From the IMG/VR virus record IMGVR_UViG_3300030099_007635, positions 1 through 64,000 of that record: a DNA stretch of 64,000 nt; one strand, given 5' to 3'. The position numbers were made by a program, and so were the translations under genes. This DNA is from a virus. Below are positions 62,019 to 64,000 of the stretch, piece by piece; position 1 is the first letter of the stretch; each line of letters starts with the position of its first letter. The notes under the pieces were generated by a model, which made no database searches, was not told the origin of the DNA, and saw only the letters and a program-made list of their open reading frames with translations.

Positions 62019-62662
62019 CTTAACATCTCTCCGTGTTCAGGGTGCAGGGGTTGGTTTTCGGCGTTGAATGCTTGCCCAACAAAGTTTGTTCCAACACGGG
62101 CAGAGGGAAACGGGTTAATTTCAAAAAATTCATCATGAATGCAGCAATCGTTGTTAATAATTGGATATATACGTTCTCTTAAAAAGTTTTGGTCTACCTG
62201 CCAAAAGTCACCCTTGTGGTATTTTTCAATGAGATTATCCATGTCTTTTAGAAGATCTCCTCTAACCCCCCACATGCCCCCAAGTATTTCTGTTTTGTGA
62301 AAGGGATGGTCTCTCATAATGTGAAAACTTTTTCCGCTAGAAAGCCACTGATCTACTGCTAATTTCTCCCTTTTGTCGAGCCTACAGTCAGTATCGCGTG
62401 ATATCATTACATCTACAGTGGGGTCGCTTGCTGGAGAAAATCTCCAAAACATGCCGTTCCAACTTCCCTCTTCGTTCATTTCAATCACTTTAGTGTTAGG
62501 TTGTTCTTTTAATTGTTCTTTAATTTCAAGAGGACAAGATTTGCCCACATAAAACCAACACTCCCATTCAGGGTAAATTTCTTGGGCAATCTTAGCATTA
62601 TTAACTGCACCTACTGTATAAACAGGGTCTGTCCCCCATAAACTAAAGCTTATAACTTTCAT
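62015..62662 (-). CDS. conserved putative GT-A glycosyltransferase
   Basis: ISFSLWG, MFWRF, SRDTD.R...RE..AV..W, HIMRDHP.H, ILGGMWG, DQ.FL. Confidence 0.65.
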   Translation of the reverse strand: MKVISFSLWGTDPVYTVGAVNNAKIAQEIYPEWECWFYVGKSCPLEIKEQLKEQPNTKVIEMNEEGSWNGMFWRFSPASDPTVDVMISRDTDCRLDKREKLAVDQWLSSGKSFHIMRDHPFHKTEILGGMWGVRGDLLKDMDNLIEKYHKGDFWQVDQNFLRERIYPIINNDCCIHDEFFEINPFPSARVGTNFVGQAFNAENQPLHPEHGEMLR

Positions 62663-63408
62663 TGGTATAAATTTTGAATTTCTCTATCTTCCTTTTGTGC
62701 TAACTGTAAATTTTCTACAGAAACAGAATCATCCCTGTGGTAGAAACAACCTATGATGTCTGGTATTTTTTTAAATTTAAATTTATTGGCAGAGAGATTT
62801 AGCCACATCTCATAATCTCCCGAAGAGGTGTATTTTTCTTTGAAGAATCCACATTTTTCTATAGCTTCTTTCCTTACCAGTGGAAATGGGCCACCAATAC
62901 AAAGTTTAAGTAGAGTTTCGTGTGAATAGTCGGGCCAATTTCTCATGCCTACGATATTATCAAAGCTTTGTGAGTTAATAACACAGCATGGACTATAAAA
63001 CAAATCTACTTTTGGATTTCTTAATATATATTCTGTATATGTTTGAAGAGCGGATGGATACAATAAGTCATCAGTATTCCAATTCATAACATAGTGACCA
63101 TTAGCTTCTCTTATCCCCATATTCCAAGCTGTATAGATACTAATTCTTTCTAGATTTTCTATAATGCTTACTTTTATTCCATCTCTAAAATCAAATTTTT
63201 GTATTATCTCTAGAGAGTTGTCGGTGGAATTAGCATCAATAAAAATAACTTCAAAGCTGTCCTCAAATTGATTATTGAGGGCATTTAAATATCCTTCTAA
63301 CCACTTAGAAGCATTATAAACAGAGCAAATAACAGAAATTTTAGGCCATTGTTGCCTCTTCCCAAAATTTCCGCGCTGCTCCTTCACAACCGTTTTTAAA
63401 GTTTTCAT
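62659..63408 (-). CDS. GT2 glycosyltransferase (start uncertain)
   Basis: ISVI..VYN, D..STD, A.N.G, NTDD, DYE.WL. Confidence 0.85.
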   Translation of the reverse strand: MKTLKTVVKEQRGNFGKRQQWPKISVICSVYNASKWLEGYLNALNNQFEDSFEVIFIDANSTDNSLEIIQKFDFRDGIKVSIIENLERISIYTAWNMGIREANGHYVMNWNTDDLLYPSALQTYTEYILRNPKVDLFYSPCCVINSQSFDNIVGMRNWPDYSHETLLKLCIGGPFPLVRKEAIEKCGFFKEKYTSSGDYEMWLNLSANKFKFKKIPDIIGCFYHRDDSVSVENLQLAQKEDREIQNLYQ

Positions 63409-64000
63409 ATCCTACTTTTTCAAATTCTAAATAAGAGCCTATTTTGGAACGGTCTCCAATTATTTCCTCTACTCCACATAAAAGAGCCTCTGCTATCATT
63501 CGGCAGAAAGGTTCATTTACAATTGGTGCGTGAAATACCGCTCGCGCTTGTTGAAATATCGAAGCTGTTTCGTGATGTTCACAAGACCCGTTAAATATAA
63601 TATTTTTTTCACCCTCAAAAAGACTGTGGGGGTTTCTATCTGACCAACCAAAAACATCCACCTTTCTGTCTGGGTTATTTCTTGCAAAGTTCAAAAGGTT
63701 ATTTAGTCCCTTAAGTGGGTGTAAATAGCCACAATAAACAACATCATATTTTTTTTTCTTCTCTTCTTTTTTGAAAATTTTTGTGTTGATAGGGTCGTAA
63801 ACTATCACGGCATTTTTGAAATAATCGCCATAAAGATCTTTAAAGAAAGAATAATGATAATCACTTAAAAAGAAATTCTTTTTTGAATTATTAAACAAGA
63901 TGCGCCTCTCCCCATTGGATAAATAAGAGCATGAATCGTGCTCAAGCCTAACAGAATTAGGAAGTCTCTCAATCATGTTGAGCTTAGCAGGGGAAGTTTT
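63341..64000 (-). CDS. GT4 glycosyltransferase, probably 5'-truncated by window edge
   Basis: Y.G.L...KG...L, EPF....AEA...G. Confidence 0.75.
   Translation of the reverse strand, partial: KTSPAKLNMIERLPNSVRLEHDSCSYLSNGERRILFNNSKKNFFLSDYHYSFFKDLYGDYFKNAVIVYDPINTKIFKKEEKKKKYDVVYCGYLHPLKGLNNLLNFARNNPDRKVDVFGWSDRNPHSLFEGEKNIIFNGSCEHHETASIFQQARAVFHAPIVNEPFCRMIAEALLCGVEEIIGDRSKIGSYLEFEKVGYENFKNGCEGAARKFWEEATMA

Noticed and set aside
1-64000. Stop-codon reassignment
   Set aside because: Long conserved genes are intact in code 11, and TAA, TAG and TGA all end genes at sensible points
36605-64000. Bacterial chromosome or O-antigen locus rather than phage
   Set aside because: Contiguous and gene-coupled with divergent phage-type replication genes, linked to tail and lysis genes, same promoter style, no export or housekeeping genes

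Overview
A 64-kb AT-rich, gene-dense segment of a large tailed dsDNA bacteriophage. No host housekeeping genes, integrase, tRNA, rRNA or CRISPR array were seen, and genetic code 11 fits. Left to right: (1) 1-14.5 kb, mostly minus-strand accessory genes (HExxH peptidase, RuvB-like ATPase, AT-hook protein, exported repeat protein, sulfotransferase, endonuclease VII, DenV-like glycosylase, HNH fusion, pyrophosphatase, dCMP deaminase, outer-membrane beta-barrel), plus a lysis region. The lysis region has holin-like genes, a CHAP endolysin, a candidate spanin pair and, between holin and endolysin, a stand-alone chemoreceptor-type four-helix-bundle membrane protein. (2) 14.5-27.4 kb, a plus-strand lambda-like tail-tip operon (gpL, gpK, gpI, gpJ) and a modular-repeat tail fibre. 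(3) 27.4-36.6 kb, glycosyltransferases, GNAT, a possible annealing protein, a mosaic basic protein and a kinase-like protein. (4) 36.6-48.6 kb, ClpC-like ATPase, a three-part Pol III alpha (PHP / exonuclease / core), RecB-like nuclease, primase, DnaB and RecA. (5) 48.6-64 kb, a sugar-nucleotide and glycosyltransferase cluster of about 19 genes that runs off the window. Two promoter classes can be read directly from the DNA: sigma70-like promoters whose -10 box lies 4-8 nt before the start codon (leaderless), and a GTGTAA motif 6-11 nt before the starts of lysis, tail and probable late genes. A Gram-negative host, possibly Verrucomicrobiota, is inferred, not shown. All family calls come from motif recognition by eye; no searches were run.
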